DNA of 59,875 nt, counting the filler. It is 3 parts of 3 records of this genome, joined end to end, with 100 filler letters (N's around TTAATTAATTAA, not from the genome) between each part and the next. Parts side by side here need not be neighbours in the genome. Positions count along the whole stretch, not along the records: positions 1 to 29,391 come from SRR20825019_181; positions 29,492 to 48,807 come from SRR20825019_183; 1 more part is not named here. One strand, 5' to 3'. Below, in pieces: positions 23,116-34,751 of the stretch. The translations under genes and the position numbers were made by a program. Under the pieces are notes generated by a model. It worked only from the letters and a program-made list of their open reading frames with translations, had not been told where the DNA came from and made no database searches. Each line of letters starts with the position of its first letter. The stretch's first letter is position 1.

Positions 23116-25434
23116 ATGGGGTCTCTCAATAGTCCATCGAGCACCCGGGTAGAGGTGCGGCTCTCTGCGAAGAATCTGCTGGACAAGGACTTGCTGTCCA
23201 AGTCTGACCCCTTATGTGTGGTGAAAACACGAAACCGCAGAAACCAGTTTGTGGAAGTTGGGAGGACTGAGCAGATCAAGAACAACCTCAATCCGACGTG
23301 GGCTACGTCAGTAGTCATGACGTTTGAGTTTCATAGGTATGCTTTTCATCATGTGATATGCAAGTACATGCTGAAAACGTGTGTTCAGGCAACAAGAACT
23401 GCGGTTCCAGATATATGACGTTGATAACAGCACGCATACTCTCGTCGATGATGACTACTTGGGAGACTGCACTGTGTATTTTTCTCAGATAATGGGGGCA
23501 AGAGGCCAGAAGTTAGCTGTGCCGTTAAGGTGCAATGGGGCGCCTGCTGGGACTCTGACTATCACTGCTCAAGAAGTCGTGGCATGCAAGCTCTCACTAG
23601 AGATGGAGTTGTGCGGGCGTGGTCTCGACCGTAAGGACGCGTGGTACAAAGGAGGGAAGAGCGATCCCTATGTTGAAATAAGCAAATACACTGACGACGG
23701 GAAATGGATCGTTGTGCATCGCAGTGAAGTCCGCAAGCGTGATCTCAATCCGCGTTGGAAGCCGATGTCGTTGAACTGCGGAGTCCTCGCGAATGGGGAT
23801 TTTGACTGGCCTCTGTTGGTTGCAGTGTGGGATTGGGATTCAGACGGCGGACACGACTTCATCGGGTCTGTACAGACGAGCGTCAACGGGCTACTAGATC
23901 CTCTGCCAGGGGGATTCCCTTTAATCAATGAAAAGAAGAAAAAGAAAAAAGGAAAGTCATATAACCACTCAGGCTTGCTGATTGTCTCCAAGGCACACGC
24001 GCTGGAAGTCCCTTCCTTTGTGGATTTCGTACGGGGCGGCATGGAAGTGAGCTTGATGGTGCGTGGAATATGAATGTGAAATTCTGACTGCAGAAACTGA
24101 CGATGCTGTGCTGTAGGTGGGCATCGATTTCACTGCCAGCAACGGGAATCCGCAGTTTCCATCGTCACTTCACCATTTGAATCCACATGGAATGAATCAA
24201 TACGAGTCAAGCATTAATGCGGTCGGATCAATCCTTTCTGCTTATGACCATGACCAATTATTCCCCGTGTGGGGTTTCGGTGCTCATTTCCCGACGGTCA
24301 ATAAGACCTATCATTGCTTCAACGCAAATGGGCAGCCGGATCCCCAAGTGAATGGTATGTTCGGTAGAGGCCTAAGTCTAGTTATGTTCTCATTTTGTGG
24401 CAGGCGTTCAGGGGATTTTGCAAGCCTACAGAACCTGTCTGCAAAATGTCAAACTCTCAGGCCCAACATACTTTTCTCATATAATCAATTCGGCATGTAG
24501 ACTAGTGCAATCGGAGCCAAGTGCCGGAGCACAGAAATATAGGTCCGTACTTGTAGTTATTGATATGGCCTTTGCTGACTGAAGATATAGTGTCCTTTTG
24601 ATGCTGACGGATGGTTGTGTCACGGATATGCAGCAGACAATTGACACCATTGTCGCAGCAGCGAATCTGCCTTTATCTATAGTAATTGTGGGAGTAGGGG
24701 TAGGTTAAGTGTGGCATGCTTTGATGTGGTGGCAATGTTCCATTGATAAGAATCTCCAGGATGCCGACTTTTCTCTAATGAATTGTCTGGATGGAGACAA
24801 TGTGGCCATTCGGGCATCGAATGGAAAGGTCTGCCCAAGGGATATTGTTCAGGTATTGTTCGCTGTTCTGGTTGAGAGCACGCGGATGACCATTGCTTGT
24901 AGTTTGTTGAGTTTAACAAAGTTGCCAACAACATTGACACACTAACAGAGGAGACATTGGCCGAAATAGTAAGTCAGTATCACACACATTGTATGCCTAG
25001 CGTAACTTGCGACTATTCGGCAGCCTGGCCAAGTGCTTTCCTACTTCAAATCCAGAGGGATTGTTCCACACGCGCCAACTGCTGCCCCCCCCCTAAATCA
25101 TCAAGCATCAGCCCCCATACTGCAAATGGCGAGTATTAATCAGCTACCAACAATGCCTCCCAGTGGTACTTCAAACACACTTTCCATTCCAGCACATCCA
25201 CCGGCAACGGCTCCACCTGTCAGTGCACCCACGGCCGCAACTGCACCACCGGCCGCAGCATCGTCTTCGAACATTTTTGACGTGCCGAGTGCCCCGCCAT
25301 CCGGGCCTTGGCCGGTCGCTGGTCCTCCTCCACCAATTGGGTCAAGTGCCAATCTTCCTGTGAACCCGCCGCTACAAGCCTTTCCGACGAATTCAGCGCT
25401 TCCAGTGATGGGTGCAAATATGTTGAACCAGTAA
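23116..25434 (+). CDS. Copine (C2-C2-vWA) with a Pro/Ala-rich tail, multi-exon
   Basis: DKDLLSKSDP..GRTEQIKNNLNP.W, second C2 KSDPY..WDWDSDGGHDFIG, vWA GIDFTASNG..YDHDQLFPVWGFGA, LSGPTYF, LTDG, LPLSIVIVGVG, RDIVQFV. Confidence 0.95.
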
Positions 25435-25458
25435 AGACATTTCCCTCAGATCTAGAAT

Positions 25459-27938
25459 CTATTGCGGAACTAAAGACGTGTACTCACGCAGGGTCCAAAC
25501 CGATGCGACAGTTACAAGCATGAGCACAACTTGCATGGGAACACCCATGAATACATAATCCAAGAAGCGATAGCCACCAGGTCCATACACCATTAGATTT
25601 GTTTGGTAGCTTATGGGGGTTGCAAAACTGGCAGATGCGGCGTAAATCAAAACGTACATCAGTGGCTTGTACGTCAGTCCATCTCCGTACTCCCTCGCCA
25701 TTTCGAAAACAACAGGAAACAACAAGACAACAGTTGCATTGTTGGATATCACGGTCCCGAGGACTACAGTAGCAATGTAAACACCGGCCATGAGCCCTGG
25801 AATCCCTAGGTGCTTGAACACTGCAGGCTGCGATTAGATATTGTGCTTGTCCCTTGCGGCTCCTTACCCTCCACAATTGTCTTCGCAACATAAGATGCCA
25901 CTCCTGTATTCTGCATAGCCGCGCCCAATCCGAATGACGAGGCTATTGTGATCAGGATTGTCCACTTGATGGACCCAATGGCCTGCTCCACCGTAGAACA
26001 CTTCATTCTAAATTAGCATATCGTCCCCAAGGGTTGTTCACGACAATTACCTGCGTCATGATAAGAAGAATCGCGGCAAAGGTTGCCCACACGAGGAGAG
26101 GGATTTTTGTCTTAGCGGAGCAAGTAATCATCACAACGAGAATTACAATGGCGAACACCATCCTAGCCTTGTCCTTGACTTCGTTTACCCGTGGCGGCGC
26201 ACTAAACAATAGCTCAGAAAAAGCATGCGAAAACCGATAATAAATCTGACCTGTCTCCCACCGTACTGATTAAAGCGAAGGTTCGGCTCATTGAATACTG
26301 TTCTGGAAAAGTATCAAATGCCTCCAGAAGAAGCGTGTCGCCGGCCACGAATCGATGGTCCCCGATGTCTACTAGGTCTGCAGACAAATTGTTCTCCAGG
26401 ACGCCAAGTACTACTGCCGAGAAACGGCCGCGGAAGTTACACTCGCGAGCATTCCTCCCTAGCAGGTCACAATGCTGACTCAACACAACCTTTTGGTGAA
26501 GAACAATACCATGAGAACACCAGACGAATGCGAATATCACAATCCCGATTTCCCTACCTCGATCAGCAATCGGTGGCGGCGGCGAGGACCCAGCTTCTTG
26601 AGTTGGGAAGTGGAGGGAACCACACCGCGAATCTTCCGCAGATCACGAACCCCGCTTGTTATACACCTAAAAAGAAGCAGATCCCCTAAAACATGAAAGT
26701 CTTAGACGGGGCCCGAGATCACTGGATGGACTCATCTCGCACCTGCTTGAAGCACTAGACCGTCGAATATTTCTACTTCGCTACCATCTGCCCTAAAGTA
26801 CCGGAGCAACGATGCCCCGGAGAGGCCACGCAGCCCGGAAGATTGAAGGCTCTGCGAGCATATTTCACTGTAGTCTTCAATCCGAAACATCATCATATAG
26901 GAACGAGTTTTGCGGAGGCTAAGGATTTCCTTTTTGTTGTCAGGCAGGATAAATGGGGACACTATAAGCATATACACCAAACCAACAAGGCAAATGAGAT
27001 ATCCCGTCGGGGCAAGATCGAACATGGACATAGATAAGTCTTCGTCCGTCTCACGCGCGATAGAAATTGCAGTGATGTTGGTCGAGCTTCCAATGAGCGT
27101 ACAGACCCCACCAAGCATAGCAGCATACGAAAGAGGGAGGAGCAATTTCGATTTTGCGATCCCAATACGCTCTGACCATTGGTCCGCAATCGGCACCATC
27201 ATAGCCACGACCGGAGAATCATTGAGGAATCCCGATATCAGAATCGCAGGGGTCAAGAATCGCAACTGGGCCATGAATGTGGACTTGGGAGATCCAAGAA
27301 TCCGACTCATGACTATCGATAGGCACCCGGTGTTGTGCACAGAGCTCGCAACCATGAATAGCACCCCAACAGTTAGCACACCCTCTGAACATTGGTGAGC
27401 CACCACAGCATCACAATTGCAAACGTTTCGTGGACTCACCAGAAGAGAAACCCTTCAGCGCGTCTTGTTCATCAATGATTCCTAGAGAAAAGAGGAGCAT
27501 GTCTGCAAGGAAGAGCACCACCTCTGAAGGCTGCCCGTCAATCATCAGGAGAATTGCAAGTACTGTGACCATGACGGCAGTTACAGCTTTCCAGTTCTGC
27601 GTCCACCACGGCACCCATAACATCAGTGCCAATAGAACAAAAAGGCCTATGACGACCAAACCAATACAGATATATCTCAACATCTTCGTCAGCTTAGAAA
27701 ACCCGTTTGCATTGCAGGCACTAACAGTGGGATTTCCTGTTGAATATTCAGACATAGCATCTGCATCCGATGGGGCCGCGGAATCAAATCGATCACCATC
27801 TGCCATTGATAGCGCGCGTTTTCGGTTCACTTCTACTAGTTCTCCCGGGTAAGGAACAGCCATACCAAGCTCAGGTTCACTGTCAACTAGTCGCTGGGTA
27901 AGTTTGGATGGAAGATTGAGATATGGTGAGTCTTCCAT
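25459..27938 (-). CDS. SLC13/CitMHS-type sodium:sulfate-like symporter with TrkA-C domains, multi-exon
   Basis: SGFLNDSPVVAMMVP, PLSYAAMLGGVCTLIGSSTN, TrkA-C GDTLLLEA, ISNNATVVLLFP, ASASFATPISYQTNLMVYGPGGYRFLDY. Confidence 0.9.
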
Positions 27939-28339
27939 GGTGCTCCTTCGGTTAAATTTAATTGAAATTCTTCTTTCCTTTTTTTATCATATGGGGTGCT
28001 GGAGGTAAAAGTGGCATTCCTTCTTCTCCAGGTCGATTGAGCCACCCCTTGTCAACAAGAATCATGCCCAGGTGCCAGCCTCCGACTTACTCGGAGTCAG
28101 GGTGTAGGCGTGTGTCTGGGTGCAGGCGTGTGCCCGGGCCCCGATCACACTGATGAGACCCACCGGAGCCCCTTGACGGCCTTATCGGACAGCCACTCAG
28201 ATTCAATCTCGTGATTCCGCATCATTCACGTTTTTGCCCAGACCGGCCCGAACCCGAGGCTGGTATATTTTAGGTACGGCCGCATTGCCAAGGAATCGGC
28301 ATCTCATGAGTGGTCGTAGTCGTCAATCCCGTTTCGGTT

Positions 28340-28580
28340 AACCCTTTTGCGGCCGATGGTCCCCAGTTGGGGGGTCCATCCGTTCCCGGCCGCCGCGCGC
28401 CCGTACTGGCCCGGCGATGTCACTGAGTTTGATTCCGGTCACCGGCCGGGGCCGGCCGGGCGGAGGCCTGCCCCGCCGGCCCGGCCCGCCGCCGGGCTCA
28501 CAGGGTCCGGACTGGTTGCTCTTGCCCCGGGCATCCCAAGGCCGTGGCGTTCCCGCGACCTCGATGCCCCGTCGGGCTAA
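28340..28580. promoter_or_regulatory. GC-rich island upstream of the SLC13-like gene
   Basis: CCGG/GGCC-dense non-coding block. Confidence 0.5.
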
Positions 28581-29035
28581 ACACTGGCAAAATGCTGCAT
28601 TCCTCTCGCGTGGGCCTACTGAAGACGGCCATCACTCTTAACTGGGAGTCACTTGTCTCCCAGACGTAGAGACACTTGCGCTCGCAAGTTTCTTCTACAA
28701 ATCTCGGGACTGCTCGCGGTTCGAGCCTCTGGACCGCAAAAGCGAAACTCGGACAGAAGCTCCAGCTCCGACATGCTCGCGGCGTCAGCCAACCTGAGCC
28801 TGCCTTCAAGTTGCGGCGGGGTTCGGCCTGGTCTCCACACTGATTCCATGAAGGGCCGCAAGCTAGAACTTGTGCACCGGTACATAGTCATAGCGATGTC
28901 GTGCCGGGGCTCGTCAAAAAACTCCACGCAGGCTTCTGGAGCCAGTGACTGCTTCCACGCCTAGATGAAGATCTTGACGACGGGTGAGTCGCCGCCGGTT
29001 TACACTGTGCGCTTTGGAGAAGAAGGCCTCGCATA

Positions 29036-29115
29036 TGCCACTGCCCCTGCCCCTGCCACTACCACCGCCCCTGCCACTGCCCCTGCCACTGCCCCTTCCA
29101 CTGCCCCTGCCACTG
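29036..29115. repeat. Imperfect tandem 12-mer (GCCCCTGCCACT)n
   Basis: About six degenerate copies, with a related copy at 29218-29235. Confidence 0.85.
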
Positions 29116-29391
29116 TCATTGCTATTGCCGTTAAAAGTGCTACTGCCACTAATTCTCCATCGCTTCGATCATTGCGGCTCCGCCAGTAAAAAATTACAGG
29201 AATGCTTAAGAAATAGACTGCCACTGCCACTGTCATGGCCATTATCGCTAAACCTGGAATTATGAACGCTACTCCGTTTGAGTGACCACCGTGGGGCCCC
29301 ATACTGAATAGTCTTATTATGATAACTAGAATGAATGAGAAATAGACCAACAAAATTATCGCCCAGCGAGGCATGTCTGTGTGATAGTCTG

Positions 29392-29491
29392 NNNNNNNNN
29401 NNNNNNNNNNNNNNNNNNNNNNNNNNNNNNNNNNNTTAATTAATTAANNNNNNNNNNNNNNNNNNNNNNNNNNNNNNNNNNNNNNNNNNNN
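29392..29491. other. Artificial contig-joining spacer
   Basis: 44 N + TTAATTAATTAA (stops in all six frames) + 44 N. Confidence 0.99.
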
Positions 29492-30398
29492 GTCCGTTTC
29501 TCGTATTAATCAACACAAAGTGCTTCCCACCGTCCATATCGCTATCCGATGCGGCTGCCTGAAGATGGTCCTTTTCTGACGAACTGGAATCATCCACTGT
29601 AGTCAACTTTTCTTCAGCATGTGCTTCCATACAAGATAACAACTTCGCATCTTCAGAGTCTCGCTTATAGTCGCCTCCGCAATCAAAGACCTTTCCGCTA
29701 CTTCCAACTCCAACCCACTTCCACTCTTCCCCTTTCTTCTTCTCATTCACTCTTTCTTCAGTCTCCTTTTCGCCAGCAGTAGCCTGGGCTGCCTTGATCT
29801 GGGGCGTGCTTGATGTCGAATCTTTGCCTCCAAATTTGTATGTATTGTCGGCTGAATTGTATTGCGCTAGCTTATACTTGCCCTGTGACTTTACCATGCA
29901 AAAGTACACATCTCTTGAGGCGGGTTTAACATCACTTCCAGCAGACTCTGACGAATCTGTGTCCGACTTCACCCCATTCTTAGTCATATCATAGCAGCTC
30001 CGCACCTTGGACTCGTTCGAGTCACCCTTAAACTTCTCTGTCTCCGATCCCGCCAGGGCTGTTGAGCATATATAAGAGACACTATGATCATCATGTCTGA
30101 GCCAATTGCCAGATCTCGAGTTGTCAGGATCTACCAATACCGGTTGGGGCGTGGCATCGCCAATAGGTGGCAAAATTACTTCTTCCAACACAGGGGGGCT
30201 ATCCGTTCGTTTAGATCCAACCTGGAACTTTCCATCACCAGAGGTGTAACCAAGCCGAAACTTCCCATCCTCTCGGGTCAATACATAAAACCCCTTGGCC
30301 AAGTTCTCAGCCTTGTCGTCTGAAGACAGACTCGGCGTGACAAACAGAGTGAGGGCCAGCACAACGCCAACACAGACCCAAATTTGGCGCACTTGCAT
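29492..30398 (-). CDS. Secreted or surface protein with tandem ~130-aa repeats, truncated at the contig end
   Basis: Signal peptide MQVRQIWVCVGVVLALTLFVTPSLS. Open frame runs into the spacer and has internal repeats. Confidence 0.75.
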
Positions 30399-30499
30399 AC
30401 TTTTGTTCGCCAAAGGGCGCGCCGGTGTAAATGCGGTCTGTAGTCCACTTGGGGGTCTCCACACTTCTATTTGTCCGCATCGCGAGCGCTTGGGAAATG

Positions 30500-30720
30500 A
30501 CGGGCAACCTGCTGGGCTTCAGCGGGGCAAGCTTGCCGGCTGGCCCGGCCCGCCGGCCACGGCAACGGCCGGGGCCAACCACCTGGCGGGCGGGCGGCAC
30601 CGGCACTGACCGGCGACCAACCGCGAACCGAACGGCCCCGCCCCGGAGCGCCGGGTCTTGGGCCACGACATCATCCGGCGGCGCCGGCAGGCCTACGCCC
30701 ATGGGTGCCCACCCACGAGT
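30500..30720. promoter_or_regulatory. GC-rich promoter island
   Basis: GC block between divergent genes starting at 30398 (-) and 31231 (+). Confidence 0.5.
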
Positions 30721-31230
30721 GTGATGGAGGTCGCGGTTAGGACAGCAACCAGAGTAACCGCGATACTGATGTGTATCTCCCGCGCCTGGCACGCAGATGG
30801 TGGAAACGGAAGGTGCGATCTCGAAAGTATTGCCCTGGTACAATACAAATACAAAGAATACAATGACCAAGTCAGGGCAAGATTTAATTATGGGGAAAAA
30901 TCGAGGTGGCATCAACGTCCCCCTCACTCGTGCTGTTGATCCGTCCTCACTGACCCAAAGTGGCAATAGCGAGGTTCATCGAGGGCAGTGCCTCTCAGTT
31001 AGACAGTCAGTCAACTGGGATCACCAAGACAGGGTGAAGGAAGCAGTGGCTTAGCTTTCTGGACCTGAAGTGGTGCGTGCGTGAGTAAACAGGTGCCCTC
31101 ACAATCACTATTGCAGTCCACATATCGAGTTGCGGGACGTCAACACTCCGAGGGAACGTTGTGACCTAGACCTACGACTAAGCATATGTGTGGGACCTCC
31201 CATCTTTAGAAATTTCTAATCACTGATAAA

Positions 31231-32046
31231 ATGAGCAAGGAGGCCGAGATTGCCGCAAAGTTCAACGAAATTGAGCGTTCTGTTCAGGAGGAGGACCTCG
31301 CCGACAAGCGCCGCGAATTCGATCGTCAAGTAGAGGATCAGCAGCGTTCCGCTCGCCGCCGTTCGATAGAGAACATGATTGAGGCCGAGCAGCAAAACCT
31401 TGCTGACGAAATTGCTCACGGTCACTCAGCTCTGGCTCGCCGACGCAGTGTAGAGAGACTGATGCGCCTGGACAACATGAAGGCAGAGGAGGAAGAGCGT
31501 GACCGTAAGATTGGTGTGCAGCGCATGGTTGAGGACAACGAGTCCATGGCCCGCCGCCGTAGCCTCGAGCGCATGATCGAGGATACTGAACGCCATGCAC
31601 GCCGTTTGGCCATGGAGAAGGAGATTGAGGAAAAGGCTCGTCTGGCCCGCTACGAAGAGATTGCTCGCCAGGCAGTACTTGAGCGCGAAAGGCTTGCCCG
31701 CCGCAAGTCCATTGAGGCTCTTGTGGAAGAGCGCAAGGCCCTCGCCCGCCGTTTGTCGGTAGAGCGCCTCATGCAGGAACACGCTCGCCTCGAGCGCCGC
31801 GCAAGTATTGATAAGCTTGTAGACGACCAGGTTGAGCTTGCCCGCGCTCGTGCCGCCGAAGCTCAGCTTGAGGACGAGGAGTCTCGCGCATGGGCCATGG
31901 CAAAGGGCTCCTCCTCTCCTCTTGTCCGTCGCAAGTCCATTGAGAAGATTGTCGAATTGCAAGGTGAAAAGTGGGAGGCCTCGGAGAAGCGTGCCTCACT
32001 TGAGCGCGCAGTTGCCACCGATCAGGCGCGCCTTTCCCACTCTTAG
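31231..32046 (+). CDS. Charged alpha-helical protein built of 16-aa RRxS repeats
   Basis: Intronless 271-aa ORF with AAAATG context and strong GAG/AAG/CGC codon bias like RPL27. Repeated ARRxS[IVL]E. Confidence 0.85.
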   Translation: MSKEAEIAAKFNEIERSVQEEDLADKRREFDRQVEDQQRSARRRSIENMIEAEQQNLADEIAHGHSALARRRSVERLMRLDNMKAEEEERDRKIGVQRMVEDNESMARRRSLERMIEDTERHARRLAMEKEIEEKARLARYEEIARQAVLERERLARRKSIEALVEERKALARRLSVERLMQEHARLERRASIDKLVDDQVELARARAAEAQLEDEESRAWAMAKGSSSPLVRRKSIEKIVELQGEKWEASEKRASLERAVATDQARLSHS

Positions 32047-33690
32047 TTGACTGCGACTCCATAAGTACTGCTTTCGCGCTGCTGGAGACTGCTGTTTCTG
32101 CGCACTTGTAGTTTTTTTAATAAATAGATCATTGTAAAGTTTTCGTCGTCGACTTTTGCTGAGAAATCAATGTTGTCTCGTCGAGCGTACATACTTGATG
32201 AAACTGTCACGAAGTGGTCGTCTCCAGGACAATCACAGCGAGTTGGAATCCACCAGAATACCTCAGAGCTATCGCGACACATTTTCTTTCTGAAGGAGTT
32301 GAATAACCGACTTGTATCCCTCACTGCACAACTCTGGCTGGTCGCGCCTCAGCCAGCATTTTACCCTACCAACACCAAGCAGTCGAACCAGTGAGAATGT
32401 TGAATCTGGCTCCCCGTCGGTGAGCAGGGCCTCCTGAATTACGTTGGTCAAGATGGCCCATGCTTCAACATCTGTATTCCATGTATAGTCTAGACGGTTC
32501 GCAATAACTGCGACTATTTCTTCTGCATCGAGAGCACTCCACATGCGCCGGATTCCGGGTATAGTCAAGTCACACGAAGGATCCAATCTCACCATTCTCC
32601 GAAAGGTCTCTAAAAGGGAGAGCTTATCAGACGGAAACAGATCTATGAACGGCCCGGTGTTGAGCTCCTCTCCGTCCACCTCTACGGCAAGACTGGGGAG
32701 CGACTCCTTTCCAACCGCAGCAACAGGACTATCGGTCTCTGAACCTTCGTGTGAAGTTGAGCTGGAGTCATCAGTGCTGTTTGCGGTCTTATCGTCTTCC
32801 GATTCACTTGTAGACCCCTCGTTATCTGAGCTCACAGGTCGACCTCCATTGGAGCCATAGTCTATCATATGGCCCCTGGTGCTCATGGTGCTGGTAGTAA
32901 GCTCCTCAAATTGTACCAAGAACAGGAATAGCAGCCTGTATACCGAGGGGAGGTCCGGTTGCAGCTTCACCACTCGATAAATCGCGTGAAGTGCCTTGAG
33001 AAGCAAACACCGTTCTCCTCCCCAGACCACCAATGAAACGAAGTTTGTTAAGTATTGGTCACCTGTAGTATTCATTTGGGTTGCTGCCCACAGGTGGTGT
33101 AGGGCATCCTCATATAGCAACTTGATCTCTGCTTCATCATTACCCAAGGAAGTCTTTTGGCTAGTGCGTATCCGACCGAGGGCTAGCTTCTTACCAATGC
33201 GTTCCTCATATTCTTTGACTCGCTTTCGCAATAACTCCACACAAGTCACCCCAAATATCCCCTGAAGGGTAGAGTCGCGCCCATACTCCCCAGTTTTAAC
33301 ACGGTCTTTCAACTCACGGTACGCCTCCGAATACTCCTCGCGCGACATATAGTGAAGGACAAGTTCCTTTAGAATTGAGTTATGATTACCATAGTCCAGA
33401 ACTAAAAGCTTCCGCATGAAGCGTAGCAGCATCTTTTCGTGCGTCACAGTGTTATGGGCCTGGCCGCCGCCAAGAATTTCCATCCCCACCCTAAATATAA
33501 CGTCCGGGACCATATCGTACGAGTGGATCATCACCGATAAAGCGTTCCCAGCACCGGAGAAGTTGCGTTCCAACAGCAACGACCTGATTTGTAGCAGCAT
33601 ATAGGCAGTGTGCTTCTTTCTGAGAATAAAATATGGCCGGGTAGGCGTCACTTGACGCCCATGGAACCTAAGGGAGTGGAACTGGGACAT
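32043..33690 (-). CDS. TAF1A/Rrn11-like RNA polymerase I initiation factor subunit (putative)
   Basis: LLLERNFSGAG..L...PDVIFRVGMEIL, ELVLHYM..EY.EAY..L, TPR-like helices and a late WW.P motif resemble TAF1A. Last exon lies in ORF 32043..32324 after an intron near 32330-32390. Confidence 0.6.
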
Positions 33691-33769
33691 GCCCACCCCG
33701 GCCGCGCGGTCTCTAAACAAACATGAGCGCCCCCCCCTTATCTTTGTTGACACTCTCTCGCTATAACGC

Positions 33770-34170
33770 CAAAGTTGGCGGCCCGACCGTTCCCGAATGA
33801 GGCCCGGTCACCTCGCGCTGGGACGCCCTAGGGTAGTGCCGGCGGGCGCCGTGGGGGCCTTCGGCGTGCTGACCGGCTGGAAGACACCGCCGATGCCGAG
33901 GACCCGGCCGGTTGGGCACTGGGCGGTCCCGTGGGGCGGCCGGCCCAGTGGCCGGCCCGGCGGGCCCCCGGCCGGGGCGGCCGCCGGCCGGGCCGGTCGA
34001 GTCACGGCCGGCCCGCCCGGCCCGCCGGCCCGGTGCCGGCGTCACGTGCCGACGAGGCGGCCAGAGTACGCGCCCCGGGCCGGCCGGGGCCCGCCGGGGC
34101 CCCGGGCCGGCCGGGGCCGGCGAGCCGAGCCGCCCGCCCGCGCGCCCGGGGCGCCTGCCACGGCGGCCAC
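33770..34170. promoter_or_regulatory. GC-rich promoter island with a 20-nt direct repeat
   Basis: No A/T in 34069-34122. GCCCCGGGCCGGCCGGGGCC occurs at 34072-34091 and 34099-34118. Confidence 0.6.
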
Positions 34171-34751
34171 TGGCACAATGCAAAACTGATGAAAAGCTGC
34201 TATTTTTGGACCTAGTTGCAGCAGCCTGAGTGCTGTGTGCCGTCCGGACCAGTACTTTTGAGTATGCACTGATGCCAGTGACACCGCGTGCCGCACTCAT
34301 GCCGGATTTGGGGCAGGCTTCGTAAACACATATGCCAGAGCAGTAGGCCAAAACCTCTGGTGCGCGGTTCTGGTCACAGCCCAACGTTCAGGGTCAAGTC
34401 GGGAGACTAGGAGAGTGTATTCAAGATATTTTGTGTCCCAGTTGAGGTTGACTGAAAGAGTCTAGGAACTTCGTGAAGGCCGGCGCCCGGACTGTTAAGA
34501 TGAGAGCCCCTATATAATACTCACGCGAGTCGTTTCCCAAACACTCCGGCACCCTCGAGAGATTGATCAAACCACGGCGCAGTCTATCAGCATAACAAAC
34601 ACAACAGAAACTACAATCAAGATGCTCCACGGCAGCTTTAAAATCTGACTGAAACAGCTCAATGCTCACCCCGTATAACGGGTCTTCTCTCACAAGTACA
34701 AACAGCTTGGCCTGTTCACGTTGATGGGAATATATGAAAGGCGAAATTGGC

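Noticed and set aside
29036-29115. CRISPR-like or telomeric array
   Set aside because: Simple degenerate 12-mer tandem repeat with no unique spacers, in eukaryotic context with no cas genes.
29436-29447. TTAATTAATTAA palindrome, also at 48852-48863, as a biological element
   Set aside because: Identical 44N-12-44N layout twice marks it as a synthetic six-frame-stop linker. ORFs running through it are artefacts.
30724-31054. Small + strand gene (ORF 30797..31054)
   Set aside because: No recognisable motif or codon bias, and it may be the 5' UTR of the 31231 gene.
34178-34720. Gene between the 33770 island and the UPF0390-like gene
   Set aside because: No consistent spliced reading frame could be built on either strand.
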